Source of the DNA: Patescibacteria group bacterium
Lineage (GTDB): Bacteria; Patescibacteriota; Microgenomatia; UBA8517
Reading direction: 5' to 3'
Length of the DNA: 64,000 nucleotides
Assembly (NCBI GenBank): GCA_038206135.1
Contig: JBBRBD010000002.1
Coordinates: forward strand, 2,896 to 66,895
The notes under the pieces are model-generated. The model worked only from the letters and a program-made list of their open reading frames with translations. It had not been told where the DNA came from and made no database searches. The position numbers and the translations under genes are program-made. Within the stretch, counting starts at the first letter, position 1. Each line of letters starts with the position of its first letter. Below are positions 26,894 through 35,939 of the stretch, piece by piece.

Positions 26894-27529
26894 ATGCCAG
26901 ACATTTTTACAAAAAAGGAAGACACATCAAACGAACCAATTGTAGCTGTCTCTCAGACGCCCGAACAAAGCTACAACCCAGTTTCTGCATACTGTAAATA
27001 TCCTGCAAATGTTCATTTTGATGGGACTGATGCGGATGAGAAGATAGTTCTCCTTCTTCGGAAGCATTGGCTCACAAATCTACGCTGGATTTTAACAGCC
27101 TCAGTTCTTATATTCGTTCCACTCCCATTCGTATATTTCCCAATTTTGAATTTTTTACCTGAGCGTTTTTTGGTGGTGACAATTCTTTTTTGGTATCTGG
27201 TAACAAGCGCATATATTTTGGAGAAGTTCTTAAGCTGGTTTTTTAACGTATACATAATAACAGACGAGCGAGTGTTTGATGTTGATTTTTATAATCTTGT
27301 TGATCGAGATATCAGTGACGCAAACATTGCAGATATTCAAGATGTAACAAGTTCAATTAGAGGGGCGATTAGAACTAGTTTTGATTATGGAGACATTCTA
27401 ATACAAACTTCGGCAGAAATTCCAGAACTCGATTTTGAGGCAGTTCCACATCCTGATGAAGTAGCTAAAATTCTGCGAAGTCTGCGTGTTGAAGAAGAAC
27501 AAGAGCAGCTGGAAGGGAGGGTTCGCTAA
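26894..27529 (+). CDS. Bacterial PH-domain (bPH_2, YdbS/YdbT-like) membrane protein
   Basis: 211 aa. EKIVLLLRKHWL followed by two TM helices and a C-terminal acidic tail. Architecture matches the DUF304/bPH_2 family. Confidence 0.5.
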   Translation: MPDIFTKKEDTSNEPIVAVSQTPEQSYNPVSAYCKYPANVHFDGTDADEKIVLLLRKHWLTNLRWILTASVLIFVPLPFVYFPILNFLPERFLVVTILFWYLVTSAYILEKFLSWFFNVYIITDERVFDVDFYNLVDRDISDANIADIQDVTSSIRGAIRTSFDYGDILIQTSAEIPELDFEAVPHPDEVAKILRSLRVEEEQEQLEGRVR

Positions 27530-27745
27530 ATGAATATTCTCGGTGTAGACCTCTGGATTGTTGTGAAGATTATGTTTATTGTTGGAATGCTTGTGTATGT
27601 TACATTTGCCTTCGTTGTTATTCGGCAAGTAGGACACATGACTAAAACCTTAAAGGTTGGTTTTGAAACACCAGTAAGACTGTTGGCGCTAATGCATTTC
27701 ATTGTTGCCATTGGTCTTTTGATCTTGTCAGTCCTTTATTTGTAG
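27530..27745 (+). CDS. Small two-TM membrane protein (71 aa)
   Basis: ATG overlaps the stop of the upstream gene (TAAATG). Two hydrophobic helices. Confidence 0.4.
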   Translation: MNILGVDLWIVVKIMFIVGMLVYVTFAFVVIRQVGHMTKTLKVGFETPVRLLALMHFIVAIGLLILSVLYL

Positions 27746-27779
27746 GGGAATCTCTTTCAATCATAGGTTACAATGAAAT

Positions 27780-29633
27780 ATGGACTATGTGAAAATTTTA
27801 GGGGCACCTTCAGCCACTGCAACAACACAAACGCACGAACTTGAACTTCCAGATGGAGGAACACTCTTCCTTCTGATAACACTTCATTCACCAGAAGCGT
27901 CACTGACTCGTATCGAAGCAATTCGAGGTGCCGTTAATTTTTTGCATCACGAAGTAACTAAAGCTGGTTTTAATTTTGAATCATTTGGAGTTTCACTTGA
28001 AAAAACTCTTATTTACCCGCAATTTGAGGCAGTTTGTGCGTATGTTTCAAGTGATGTTGTGTATCTTTTTGCACTTGGAAATATGCAGGCAATGCTTATG
28101 CGAAATAACAATCTTGTGTCTCTCATCTCTGGTTCAAAAACACTCCAATCTGCATCTGGATATCTAAAAAGAGGAGACTCTGTACTTTTAGTTTCGAATG
28201 CATTTTTGGAAATTGCAAAAACTGAGGAACTCATTCCTTATATAGTAGGGAATAAACTGAATGCACTTGAGTCAGATACTGCAACTCGAGTACAAGCAAG
28301 CGAACAACGCGGAGAGTGTGGAATTTTGTGTCTTTCAGATCAAATTTCAGGTTCTCCTTCAATTTCCGTTCCTGAAGCAGAAGATGAGGGTCCGACACTT
28401 GAAGAGGCGACAGAAATTGAGGCAGCTGAAGAAGAACTTCAACTGGAATCCAAACCGCTCGAAGAACCTGAAGAAGTAGAAGTAACTCCACAGATGGAAG
28501 AACGACCGGTTTTTGCAAAAACAGACTCTCCATACGAAGCTCGCAGTAAAAGTAAGCGAATGGCATATGCTGGTGTAGGGCTTCTGATACTTTTAGGTAT
28601 AAGTATCTTCTTTGGTAATAAGGCACGGCTTAAGAAGCAAGAGGCGGCCTCTGTTACAAAAGTAGTAGCCGATGCACAGCAATCACTAGACGAAGCAAAA
28701 TCTATTTCTTCTATAAATAAGTCTCGTGCCAGGGATCTTATTACTAACGCACGAGATCAAGTACTTGGAGTTCACACTGAGACAAAATACCCAGAACTCA
28801 TTTCTATTAAAGATGCGCTTACTCAAAGTCTTGGAGATGTGGCTGGTGTTTACGAAATTCAACCGACAATTTTTTCAGATCTGACACTAATTTCTCAATC
28901 TACAACGGCCGATGGTCTTTCAATTTCAGACAATTTAGTCCGAGTGTTGTCAAAAAACGATAAAAGAGTAGTAACTATTGAGCTTCCTGGAAAAAGAACT
29001 TCTTCTCTGAGTGGTCTTACTCAAGTAAATGGTGCTGCTGAAATTGCAGCCTATACAAAGCGAACATTTGTAATGGGGAGTGATGGTGTTTATGATATCT
29101 CAAATTCTGCACAAAAGCAGATAGATTTGCCCGCAAATCAAGACCAACTATTGTTCTCTTCATTTGCAGGGAACTTATATGTTGTTGATAAATCACAAAA
29201 CCAAATCTGGAGATATTCGGGTGATGGAACAAGTTTTGCGGACAAGAAGGAATGGCTATCTCCTGGAGTAACAGTTGATTTTTCAAAAGCAACAGCAATG
29301 GGTATTGATAGTTCAATATGGGTGTTTAGTGGGACTGGAAAGCTTACTAAGTTTACTATTGGAAATCCTCAAACAATCCCACTTTCTGGGATCACTGATA
29401 CTTTGTCAGACCAAACCCTATTTTTTACAGATAGTGATAGTGAGAGCTTATACTTTTTAAATCCTCAATCGAAAGCAATATACGTTTTTGATAAGAGTGG
29501 TGAACTGATTGCGACATACAGTGATGTTTCTCTTAAAGAGGCACAACATTTTATCGTTTCTGAAAGTGACAAAATTATGATCTACTCAGTTGGCTCAAAG
29601 CTATACTCAATTCCTATCAAGCATATTAAGTAA
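27780..29633 (+). CDS. Hypothetical bitopic membrane protein. N-terminal ~190 aa are faintly PP2C-phosphatase-like, followed by an acidic linker, one TM helix and a large extracytoplasmic C-terminal domain.
   Basis: 617 aa. Segments VYLFALGNMQAMLMRNNNLVSL and LKRGDSVLLVSNAF resemble PP2C strand motifs (GDSRa.l.r ; GD.lllcSDGl). TM helix MAYAGVGLLILLGISIFFG in the middle. Confidence 0.45.
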   Translation: MDYVKILGAPSATATTQTHELELPDGGTLFLLITLHSPEASLTRIEAIRGAVNFLHHEVTKAGFNFESFGVSLEKTLIYPQFEAVCAYVSSDVVYLFALGNMQAMLMRNNNLVSLISGSKTLQSASGYLKRGDSVLLVSNAFLEIAKTEELIPYIVGNKLNALESDTATRVQASEQRGECGILCLSDQISGSPSISVPEAEDEGPTLEEATEIEAAEEELQLESKPLEEPEEVEVTPQMEERPVFAKTDSPYEARSKSKRMAYAGVGLLILLGISIFFGNKARLKKQEAASVTKVVADAQQSLDEAKSISSINKSRARDLITNARDQVLGVHTETKYPELISIKDALTQSLGDVAGVYEIQPTIFSDLTLISQSTTADGLSISDNLVRVLSKNDKRVVTIELPGKRTSSLSGLTQVNGAAEIAAYTKRTFVMGSDGVYDISNSAQKQIDLPANQDQLLFSSFAGNLYVVDKSQNQIWRYSGDGTSFADKKEWLSPGVTVDFSKATAMGIDSSIWVFSGTGKLTKFTIGNPQTIPLSGITDTLSDQTLFFTDSDSESLYFLNPQSKAIYVFDKSGELIATYSDVSLKEAQHFIVSESDKIMIYSVGSKLYSIPIKHIK

Positions 29634-29637
29634 CTGT

Positions 29638-30195
29638 ATGAAGGATGCGCGACTTACCGAGCTTGCAAATAAAATATATACTTCAGAATTATTCACAAGT
29701 TCTACGGAGAACTGCACCTTAAATGAAAAGCAAAATATCTTTTTGATTGCTGGAGGAGTAAAGCCTGTTGGTTTTGTTAGTTCATGTCACAAAAAAGACT
29801 TAGGAGAAGGGGCTTATGAATACGAAGCTGATGATGCAGACTTTGTCGTGAAGTTCCTATCAAGCTTAGGATTGTTTAGCAGAGCATTTGGTGACAAACA
29901 CACAACTGACGCAATCATTTCCTTAAAAGAGGAATACTTACTACAACTCGATTCGAAAGCAGATGACCATCGACTAGCGGGAAAACTTTATGGATACCCA
30001 GACACCGCAGTTGAAGCCTTTTTGATTCCTAATAAAGCCGACATTTTAGAAGATGACGAACAGGACCAAGTGCTTTTAACTGCAGGAATACCAATTTGTT
30101 TCCCTGCATTCAAGATGTCTATTAGTCATTGGCACGAAGAACTTCCTATTGTTCAAAAATGGTATAACTTCTGCAAATTGTATGGACTGGTCTAA
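29638..30195 (+). CDS. Hypothetical protein (185 aa)
   Basis: ORF with the internal ATG at 29638 chosen so it does not overlap the upstream gene. No recognised motif. Confidence 0.4.
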   Translation: MKDARLTELANKIYTSELFTSSTENCTLNEKQNIFLIAGGVKPVGFVSSCHKKDLGEGAYEYEADDADFVVKFLSSLGLFSRAFGDKHTTDAIISLKEEYLLQLDSKADDHRLAGKLYGYPDTAVEAFLIPNKADILEDDEQDQVLLTAGIPICFPAFKMSISHWHEELPIVQKWYNFCKLYGLV

Positions 30196-30241
30196 ATAAT
30201 CCTCAAACTTTTTTTTGAAACAAAAGGACTTCAAGATGTTA

Positions 30242-30614
30242 GGTGGAGACGGAGGGAGTCGAACCCTCTTCTGGAGTGAATCTGACAAAATTTCTACAAG
30301 CTTAGAGTATTTTTTTATGTCCATTCATTTTTATCTAATACTCAAGACAAATAAATGTAAGACTTATTTATCTTTCGATTATATTCGCAAAGTCATCGAA
30401 TACATCGGCATCACGACGGGTTTATACCTAAGCTACTTCGCGTGAGGAAAGTAGTAAGGCAGCTTTTAGGCAAACATCGGTACGAAACCGTGGTTGTCAA
30501 AAGCGACAGAATCGTTAGATTTGTCGTTTGTTTTTTGGCCTCTTTTAACTAGAGTTGGCCAATCTAGGCTTGCTGTTTTGTTAAAGTACATTCCATCGAT
30601 ACCAGGTCGTCCCC
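30242..30614 (-). ncRNA. ssrA: tmRNA (SsrA)
   Basis: 5' end GGGGACGACCUGGUAUCGAUGGAAUG. 3' end ...GAGGGUUCGACUCCCUCCGUCUCCACC. These form a 7-bp acceptor stem with the G3:U wobble AlaRS identity pair, a T-arm GGGUUCGACUCCC and discriminator A, with CCA not encoded. The smpB gene is immediately adjacent. The tag reading frame was not resolved by eye. Confidence 0.8.
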
Positions 30615-30615
30615 A

Positions 30616-31050
30616 TTAATTTAATTTCGAGCGATAATCTCTCTCTGTTTCGCGCTCAATATCTCTTTTTTTGTTTTTTTCCTTCTTATTAAACTCTTGT
30701 TTTGATTTTGCGAGGCCAATTTTTAGTTTAATGAAACGACCTGTAGTATACATTGAGATTGGAACTATCGTCAATTTTTTTTCTTTAATTTTGCTGCCCC
30801 AACCTAATATCTCTTTCTTGTGAACTAACAATTTACAGCTGCGTTTTGTTAAATCGGATTTCACTAAAGGAGATGTGAATTGTGCATTAACCAAATAAAG
30901 TTCTCCACCCAAGATTCGTACGAATGAGCTGTTTAATGTAACGCGATTGTCAAAAAAAGATTTTGTTTCAGCACCTGTCAGCACAACGCCTGCATCAATT
31001 GTGTCTAATATCTCATACTCAAAGTGAGCCTTTTTATTTTCTATAACCAT
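30616..31050 (-). CDS. smpB: SsrA-binding protein SmpB
   Basis: 144 aa. ENKKAHFEYEILDTIDAGVVLTGAETKS…LLVHKKEI…LTIVPISMY matches the conserved SmpB core. Charged C-terminal tail. Confidence 0.85.
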   Translation of the reverse strand: MVIENKKAHFEYEILDTIDAGVVLTGAETKSFFDNRVTLNSSFVRILGGELYLVNAQFTSPLVKSDLTKRSCKLLVHKKEILGWGSKIKEKKLTIVPISMYTTGRFIKLKIGLAKSKQEFNKKEKNKKRDIERETERDYRSKLN

Positions 31051-31079
31051 AGTGGTATTATACCTAAACCTCGAGGCTT

Positions 31080-31658
31080 ATGAGTATAGAGGAGGAAAGA
31101 GTGAAAGTTTTAACTGTATTAGTCGATATGGATGATGTTATTGCCGATTGGAGTGGTCATTTTTTTGAATTAGCAGGACAAATCCCCGAACTTCGGGGGA
31201 GACTAATTCATTCAGAAAGAAAAAGCTTTTCAGTTCTCGATGATTATCCAAAGGAACTTGAAGATGCTGCACGAGAAATCTATGAATCAGAAGGATTCTT
31301 TAGAGATCTAAAGCCAGTAGATGGGGCGATTGAAGCTATTCATGAACTCTCTCGTTTGGGGCACAATGTACTTATATGTACTGCTCCGCTTCACTTTCAC
31401 ACATATTGTGTGACTGAGAAGTTTGATTGGGTTCAAACGCATTTAGGTGCAGAGTTCAAACGACAAATGATTCTTGCAAAGTACAAGAAATTTGTACATG
31501 GTGATTATCTAATTGACGATAACCCTAATATAAGAAGTCTTAGGCATGAAGTTCCTAGTTGGCAGCACATTTTGTATACTCAGCCATACAATATGTCTGT
31601 TACAGACAGACCTCGAATAACCTGGACAGGAGACTGGAAATCAGTTTTGAGACTTTAA
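31080..31658 (+). CDS. HAD-superfamily 5'(3')-deoxyribonucleotidase-like protein (NT5C family)
   Basis: 192 aa. N-terminal LVDMDDVIADWSG matches the NT5C DxDGVLaDf motif I. Confidence 0.6.
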   Translation: MSIEEERVKVLTVLVDMDDVIADWSGHFFELAGQIPELRGRLIHSERKSFSVLDDYPKELEDAAREIYESEGFFRDLKPVDGAIEAIHELSRLGHNVLICTAPLHFHTYCVTEKFDWVQTHLGAEFKRQMILAKYKKFVHGDYLIDDNPNIRSLRHEVPSWQHILYTQPYNMSVTDRPRITWTGDWKSVLRL

Positions 31659-31663
31659 TAAAG

Positions 31664-31693
31664 AGGCGATGCTATTAGCATCGCCTTTATTTT
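31664..31693 (+). terminator. Rho-independent terminator
   Basis: AGGCGATGC tatta GCATCGCCT followed by TTATTTT. Confidence 0.6.
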
Positions 31694-32003
31694 GCACATG
31701 CAAAGTATGTATAATATTGACATCCCTTTTTTTTAATGTTTTTTAGAGGTTAGAAAAGAACCGTAAGTTAAGCGTCAATTGTGTAGGAATGGGTCGAGTT
31801 TTCGGAAAATTGCAACCGCATGTAATTACAATTTTAAGCTAAGAAATCAAACTTCTAAAAAACAAAACAAGTGTCAATATTTCAGATATAATTATTAAAG
31901 TTTAAAAGAATATATCGTCAATTTTAATAACGACAGTAAAGTTGTTGCGGAATAAGCGCGTTAAAAATGCGGTGAATAAGGCATAATTTAATACAATTGT
32001 CTA

Positions 32004-32450
32004 TTATTCTATATCATCTATCTTGACAGCTAGAATGAAGTCATTTGTAGATAGACCTCCAATCGCATGTGTGAAAAGCTCAACACTAACGCTTTTGTAA
32101 TCATGCAGACAGAGGTTCGGGTGATGTCCTTCAGATTCAGCAATATCAGCAATTGTGTTTATAAATGCAACCGCTTCTTTAAAATTATTAAATTTATATT
32201 CACGAATGAGCTTGTGCATTCCATCCTTCTGAATATTCCAAAGTGGGGTAGCGTCGTGATAGTTATTTTCTTCAATTTCAGTTAATGGATTGACACCTCC
32301 CTCACAAGGGACGCAATGCCCTTTTTTTAGGGAATCTTTGTTTGAATTTATATCTCTTTGCATTTTAGTTAATCTTTCTGAATGATAATCTTCTGTTACA
32401 TTAAAGCAGTTCTTTGCTTTGAAATCGCATAATTGCAGCTTTGTATACAA
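32004..32450 (-). CDS. phhB: Pterin-4a-carbinolamine dehydratase (PCD/DCoH) with a Cys-containing N-terminal extension
   Basis: C-terminal EGHHPNLCLHDYKSVSVELFTHAIGGLSTNDFILAVKID matches the PCD signature ([EH]GHHP…THd.gGLt..D). The N-terminal ~50 aa carry CDFKAKNC…HCVPCEGG. Confidence 0.75.
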   Translation of the reverse strand: MYTKLQLCDFKAKNCFNVTEDYHSERLTKMQRDINSNKDSLKKGHCVPCEGGVNPLTEIEENNYHDATPLWNIQKDGMHKLIREYKFNNFKEAVAFINTIADIAESEGHHPNLCLHDYKSVSVELFTHAIGGLSTNDFILAVKIDDIE

Positions 32451-32518
32451 AATGACTCAATTTCAATACATCTTGATAGAAAATAATCGAAACTGTTTAT
32501 ACTCGTTACTTCACAATG

Positions 32519-32603
32519 CGGAGGCGGTGAGATTCGAACTCACGAGACTCTTACGAGTCGTGGATTAGCAATCCACTGTACTGGGCCACTATACGACGCC
32601 TCC
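32519..32603 (-). tRNA. tRNA-Ser (anticodon GCT)
   Basis: Manual fold. Acceptor GGAGGCG/CGCCTCC. Anticodon stem GTGGA/TCCAC with loop TTGCTAA. Long variable arm. T-loop TTCGAAT. Confidence 0.75.
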
Positions 32604-32667
32604 AAAACTTGAACTCATCGAATTTTAGCACAACGTTTCGCTCAAGTCTGATATAATCAGGTCTCAC

Positions 32668-32751
32668 GGAGGCGTGTCCGAGCGGTTTATGGAGCTGGTC
32701 TTGAAAACCAGTGGGCGCAAGCCCTCACAGGTTCGAATCCTGTCGCCTCCG
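32668..32751 (+). tRNA. tRNA-Ser (anticodon TGA)
   Basis: Acceptor GGAGGCG/CGCCTCC. Anticodon stem CTGGT/ACCAG with loop CTTGAAA. Long variable arm. T-loop TTCGAAT. Confidence 0.75.
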
Positions 32752-32797
32752 CTAATTGTGTCCTCTTCAAAGTTTGGTATATACTAAATTCATAGAT

Positions 32798-33301
32798 ATG
32801 GCTCCCAAACCTCCCATCCAGCCAGAAATAGAAAAGGTATTATTGTCTTGGACTGCAGCCTCACGTCCATTTAAAAGACGATCTCGCGAGTTTTATATCA
32901 CACTTATTTCTGTTGTAGGTCTTATTGGCGCAATTCTATTTTTAATTGAGGGGGCGATGCCTGCTATATTATTAGGAACTCTCGTGTTTTTGTTTTATGT
33001 ATTAAGTACCGTTGCTCCAGACCAAGTAGAATATAAAATTACGACCTTTGGTATTCGTTTTGCTGAACGATTAACGGAATGGGAAAAGATTGGAAGATTT
33101 TGGTTTGTAAATCGATTGGGAAGTGATTTATTAGTACTTGAGGTTCATGTCCTTCCAGGAAGACTAGAGCTTGTAGCACCAAAAGAAGAACATTCAAAGA
33201 TTGAAGAAACTCTAATGAAATACTTGATCAAAGAAGAAGTTCCACCTGGAGTTTTCGACAAAGCAGCACAATGGGCTAGCAAAAAGCTTCCACAGAGCTA
33301 A
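32798..33301 (+). CDS. Hypothetical membrane protein (about 167 aa, two TM helices)
   Basis: ORF with the internal ATG at 32798 chosen, because the 32756 start would overlap tRNA-Ser. Confidence 0.45.
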   Translation: MAPKPPIQPEIEKVLLSWTAASRPFKRRSREFYITLISVVGLIGAILFLIEGAMPAILLGTLVFLFYVLSTVAPDQVEYKITTFGIRFAERLTEWEKIGRFWFVNRLGSDLLVLEVHVLPGRLELVAPKEEHSKIEETLMKYLIKEEVPPGVFDKAAQWASKKLPQS

Positions 33302-33354
33302 TATTGTATAATACTTCAGCTCGAAAGTTCCTTGTATTAATCTTTTATTTTCCT

Positions 33355-33426
33355 GTACTCATAGCTCAATGGATAGAGTAGCGGCTTGCGGAGCCGTCGA
33401 TCCCAGTTCGAATCTGGGTGGGTACA
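33355..33426 (+). tRNA. tRNA-Arg-like with apparent anticodon GCG (G34 rather than the usual A34 of tRNA-Arg ACG)
   Basis: Manual fold. Acceptor GTACTCA/TGGGTAC. D stem GCTC/GAGT. Anticodon stem GCGGC/GCCGT with loop TTGCGGA. T-arm CCCAG TTCGAAT CTGGG. Body resembles the tRNA-Arg(CCG) at 37913. Confidence 0.55.
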
Positions 33427-33433
33427 CAAGTAG

Positions 33434-33516
33434 GGTGGGTTCGCATAGCGGCCAATTGCACCGGTTTCGAAAACCGGAGGGGTAACCCTTCACAGGTTCA
33501 AATCCTGTACCCACCG
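33434..33516 (+). tRNA. tRNA-Ser (anticodon CGA)
   Basis: Acceptor GGTGGGT/ACCCACC. Anticodon stem CCGGT/ACCGG with loop TTCGAAA. Long variable arm. T-loop TTCAAAT. Confidence 0.75.
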
Positions 33517-33548
33517 CAAGGCGCGTGAAACCTGAAGTTAAAGTATAA

Positions 33549-33636
33549 GGAGAGGTCGCATAGTGGCCTAGTGCAGCGGTTTACTAAACCGCCATATCGC
33601 AAGATATCGAGGGTTCGAATCCCTCCCTCTCCGCCA
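33549..33636 (+). tRNA. Class II (long variable arm) tRNA with apparent anticodon ACT (A34) and encoded CCA. A Ser-type body with an unusual anticodon.
   Basis: Acceptor GGAGAGG/CCTCTCC plus G plus CCA. D stem GCA/TGC (3 bp, Ser-like). Anticodon stem GCGGT/ACCGC with loop TTACTAA. 17-nt variable arm. T-arm GAGGG TTCGAAT CCCTC. Confidence 0.5.
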
Positions 33637-33658
33637 AATATAAAACTTTAAGATAGAT

Positions 33659-33847
33659 ATGAACAAATTTACCAAAGAAGAATTCATAGAGGCACTCGGA
33701 GCGGTAACTTCTGTAATTCAGAAATGTGAAAAAGCACAGGAAAAGTTCCCAGAAGGAAATTCGCACCACACACTTCTTAGAAACAGGCTGAAAGCAATGT
33801 ATATATCAAAAGATTTGATAAAAGAAGCGTTAAAGAATTCCAAGTAA
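33659..33847 (+). CDS. Small hypothetical protein (62 aa)
   Basis: ORF immediately after the tRNA cluster. No motif. Confidence 0.3.
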   Translation: MNKFTKEEFIEALGAVTSVIQKCEKAQEKFPEGNSHHTLLRNRLKAMYISKDLIKEALKNSK

Positions 33848-33901
33848 CTAAATATTCGTTATAAGTCTGAAAGGTTACAGAAACACCTGCTTCTCGCACA
33901 A

Positions 33902-34372
33902 TTATGATGTCTGTATCTTCTCAATTTGTCTTCCTTCAAGATTCGGGTCTCCTGCCCCAGTTTCTATTAACTGTTTCAAACTGTGGTTTATATATGCAGT
34001 CCATGCAGGGTTACATGCTTTATAACATTCGACATCTGGCGTAAGCCCCTCGTGAGTAAATACAAGTTTTGTTGTGTCACCCAGTTTTTTTATATCAAAG
34101 ACAACTTTTGTTCCGGTCCATTCATCTGCATTTTTTATGAATGTCATGTTGCTTTCTGTAACAAGCCAGACGATTCGTTCATTTGGAACAACTTCTATAA
34201 GTTTTTGCTTTGAATAATGCACTTCTTTAACTTCGAATTCAAATTCGTCGTTTAGTTTTTTGCTGTCACCTTTAATATCATTTGACCACCAACCTCGAAC
34301 GTTTGTAATAGAGTCAAATACCACTTGTGGACTTTGATTTACAATTATTGAAGTAGTGAAATCTGTACCCAT
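33902..34372 (-). CDS. SRPBCC-superfamily protein (AHSA1/polyketide-cyclase-like)
   Basis: 156 aa. N-terminal SIIVNQSPQVVFDSITNVRGWW, and a beta-rich region followed by a C-terminal helix, are typical of the Activator-of-Hsp90-ATPase/YndB-like family. Confidence 0.55.
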   Translation of the reverse strand: MGTDFTTSIIVNQSPQVVFDSITNVRGWWSNDIKGDSKKLNDEFEFEVKEVHYSKQKLIEVVPNERIVWLVTESNMTFIKNADEWTGTKVVFDIKKLGDTTKLVFTHEGLTPDVECYKACNPAWTAYINHSLKQLIETGAGDPNLEGRQIEKIQTS

Positions 34373-34380
34373 AAATTATT

Positions 34381-35178
34381 TTATTTTCTACCCAAACCAG
34401 CTACTACGCTAAATACTAAAAGTGAAAGCAGCACGATAGCTCCTCCTGCTGGGAGATTGAAATAATATGCGATGAAAAGTCCTAAAAATACTTCCGATAA
34501 AGCAAGAACAATTGATAGGTACATGCTTTGTATAAAGCTCTTAGCAACTTGCATCGCCGTAACTACTGGAATTACCATTAATGCTCCAATGAGAAGCACT
34601 CCAACGACACGCATTGCGAGTGAAACGGTAATTGCAGTAAGTACAATAAGTGACACATTTACAAATGAAACAGGAATGCCACTGACTCGTGCGCTCTCCT
34701 CATCAAATGATGAGTATAAAAGCTTTTTATAAAGTAACACCACTGCGGCGAGAGTAATTAAACCAAGACCTAGAATTAAATAGACTTCGTCCTGTCGTAC
34801 TGTCGTAATGCTACCAAATAAATAGCTAAATAGATTTGCATTAAATCCATGTGCCAAACTAATAAGAACGATTGAGAGTGCAAGACCACCCGGTAAAAAC
34901 ATTGCGAGAACCGCTTCAGAGGGGATTCTGTTCTGACTTCTCAACCACTCGATAAGTAAGCTTGCAATTACAGTCACTACAATAGTGGTTGGTACGGGAG
35001 ATGTACCTAAAATGAGCCCAATTGCTACCCCTGATAACGCAACATGCGACAACGTGTCTGCAATTAAGGAATATCTGCGCACTACCAAAAAGTTCCCTAT
35101 GAGTGGTGCAATAAGGGCAATAACAAGCCCCGCTTCAAAAGCTCTCCACATAAATTGGTATTGAAAAATTTCTAGCAT
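34381..35178 (-). CDS. znuB: Zinc/manganese ABC transporter permease (ABC-3 family)
   Basis: 265 aa, about 8 TM helices. Fits the ABC-3 permease family. Operon with znuC and znuA. Confidence 0.8.
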   Translation of the reverse strand: MLEIFQYQFMWRAFEAGLVIALIAPLIGNFLVVRRYSLIADTLSHVALSGVAIGLILGTSPVPTTIVVTVIASLLIEWLRSQNRIPSEAVLAMFLPGGLALSIVLISLAHGFNANLFSYLFGSITTVRQDEVYLILGLGLITLAAVVLLYKKLLYSSFDEESARVSGIPVSFVNVSLIVLTAITVSLAMRVVGVLLIGALMVIPVVTAMQVAKSFIQSMYLSIVLALSEVFLGLFIAYYFNLPAGGAIVLLSLLVFSVVAGLGRK

Positions 35179-35180
35179 AT

Positions 35181-35930
35181 TTAATGTCCATGAACTACCA
35201 TTCGTAAGTTCTCACCGTACATTTTCTTCATGAAATCACCTTTTAAAACATCCTTAGGTTTTCCATGAGAAACGATGGTTCTATTAATACAGGCAATTGT
35301 TGTGACTTCATGTGCAACAACATCAATATCGTGGCTCACCAAAATAAGGGTGAGTTCCATGTCTCGATTGAGTTTCTTTAAGAGCTCGTAAAATTTGGCT
35401 TGTGACTCTGAGTCAACTCCAACTGTGGGTTCATCAAGAAGGAGTAGTTCTGGGTGAGAGGCGAGAGCTTTTGCAATAAAAACGCGTTGTTGTTGACCAC
35501 CAGACAGTTCTCCTAATAGGCGTTTTTTATGAGGGAACATTCCGACTGCTTCGAGTGCATCAGAAATTGCACGTTCATCCTTTGGTGTTTCAAAGTCTAG
35601 CCAACGTTTACTGTTTAGTCGACCTAAAGAAACTGTCTCCCACACAGTAATGGGGAAGCGTACCAAATTTGAGCCTGCCTTCTGCGGCACATACCCAACT
35701 TTTTGCCAGTCTGAAAAGTCTGAAATGTTTTTCCCAAACAGAGAAACTGTGCCAGATGTTGGACTAAGAAGTCCGAGTATGGTTTTTAAAAGTGTGGTTT
35801 TACCGCTTCCATTTGGCCCGATGATACCTAGAAAATCACCTTTATCTATTTTTAGGTTAATATTTTCCAAAATTGGCTCACCACCATATGCTGTGTTTAC
35901 ATTTTGTAGTTCTACTTGAATTTGGGACAT
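35181..35930 (-). CDS. znuC: Zinc ABC transporter ATP-binding protein
   Basis: Walker A GPNGSGKTTLLK. ABC signature LSGGQQQRVFIAKAL. Walker B LLLLDEP. Confidence 0.9.
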   Translation of the reverse strand: MSQIQVELQNVNTAYGGEPILENINLKIDKGDFLGIIGPNGSGKTTLLKTILGLLSPTSGTVSLFGKNISDFSDWQKVGYVPQKAGSNLVRFPITVWETVSLGRLNSKRWLDFETPKDERAISDALEAVGMFPHKKRLLGELSGGQQQRVFIAKALASHPELLLLDEPTVGVDSESQAKFYELLKKLNRDMELTLILVSHDIDVVAHEVTTIACINRTIVSHGKPKDVLKGDFMKKMYGENLRMVVHGH

Positions 35931-35939
35931 ATCGTATTA

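Noticed and set aside
30242-30614. Attempt to read the tmRNA tag peptide
   Set aside because: No frame gave a convincing Ala-initiated ...ALAA-type tag by eye. It is left unresolved rather than reporting a guessed tag.
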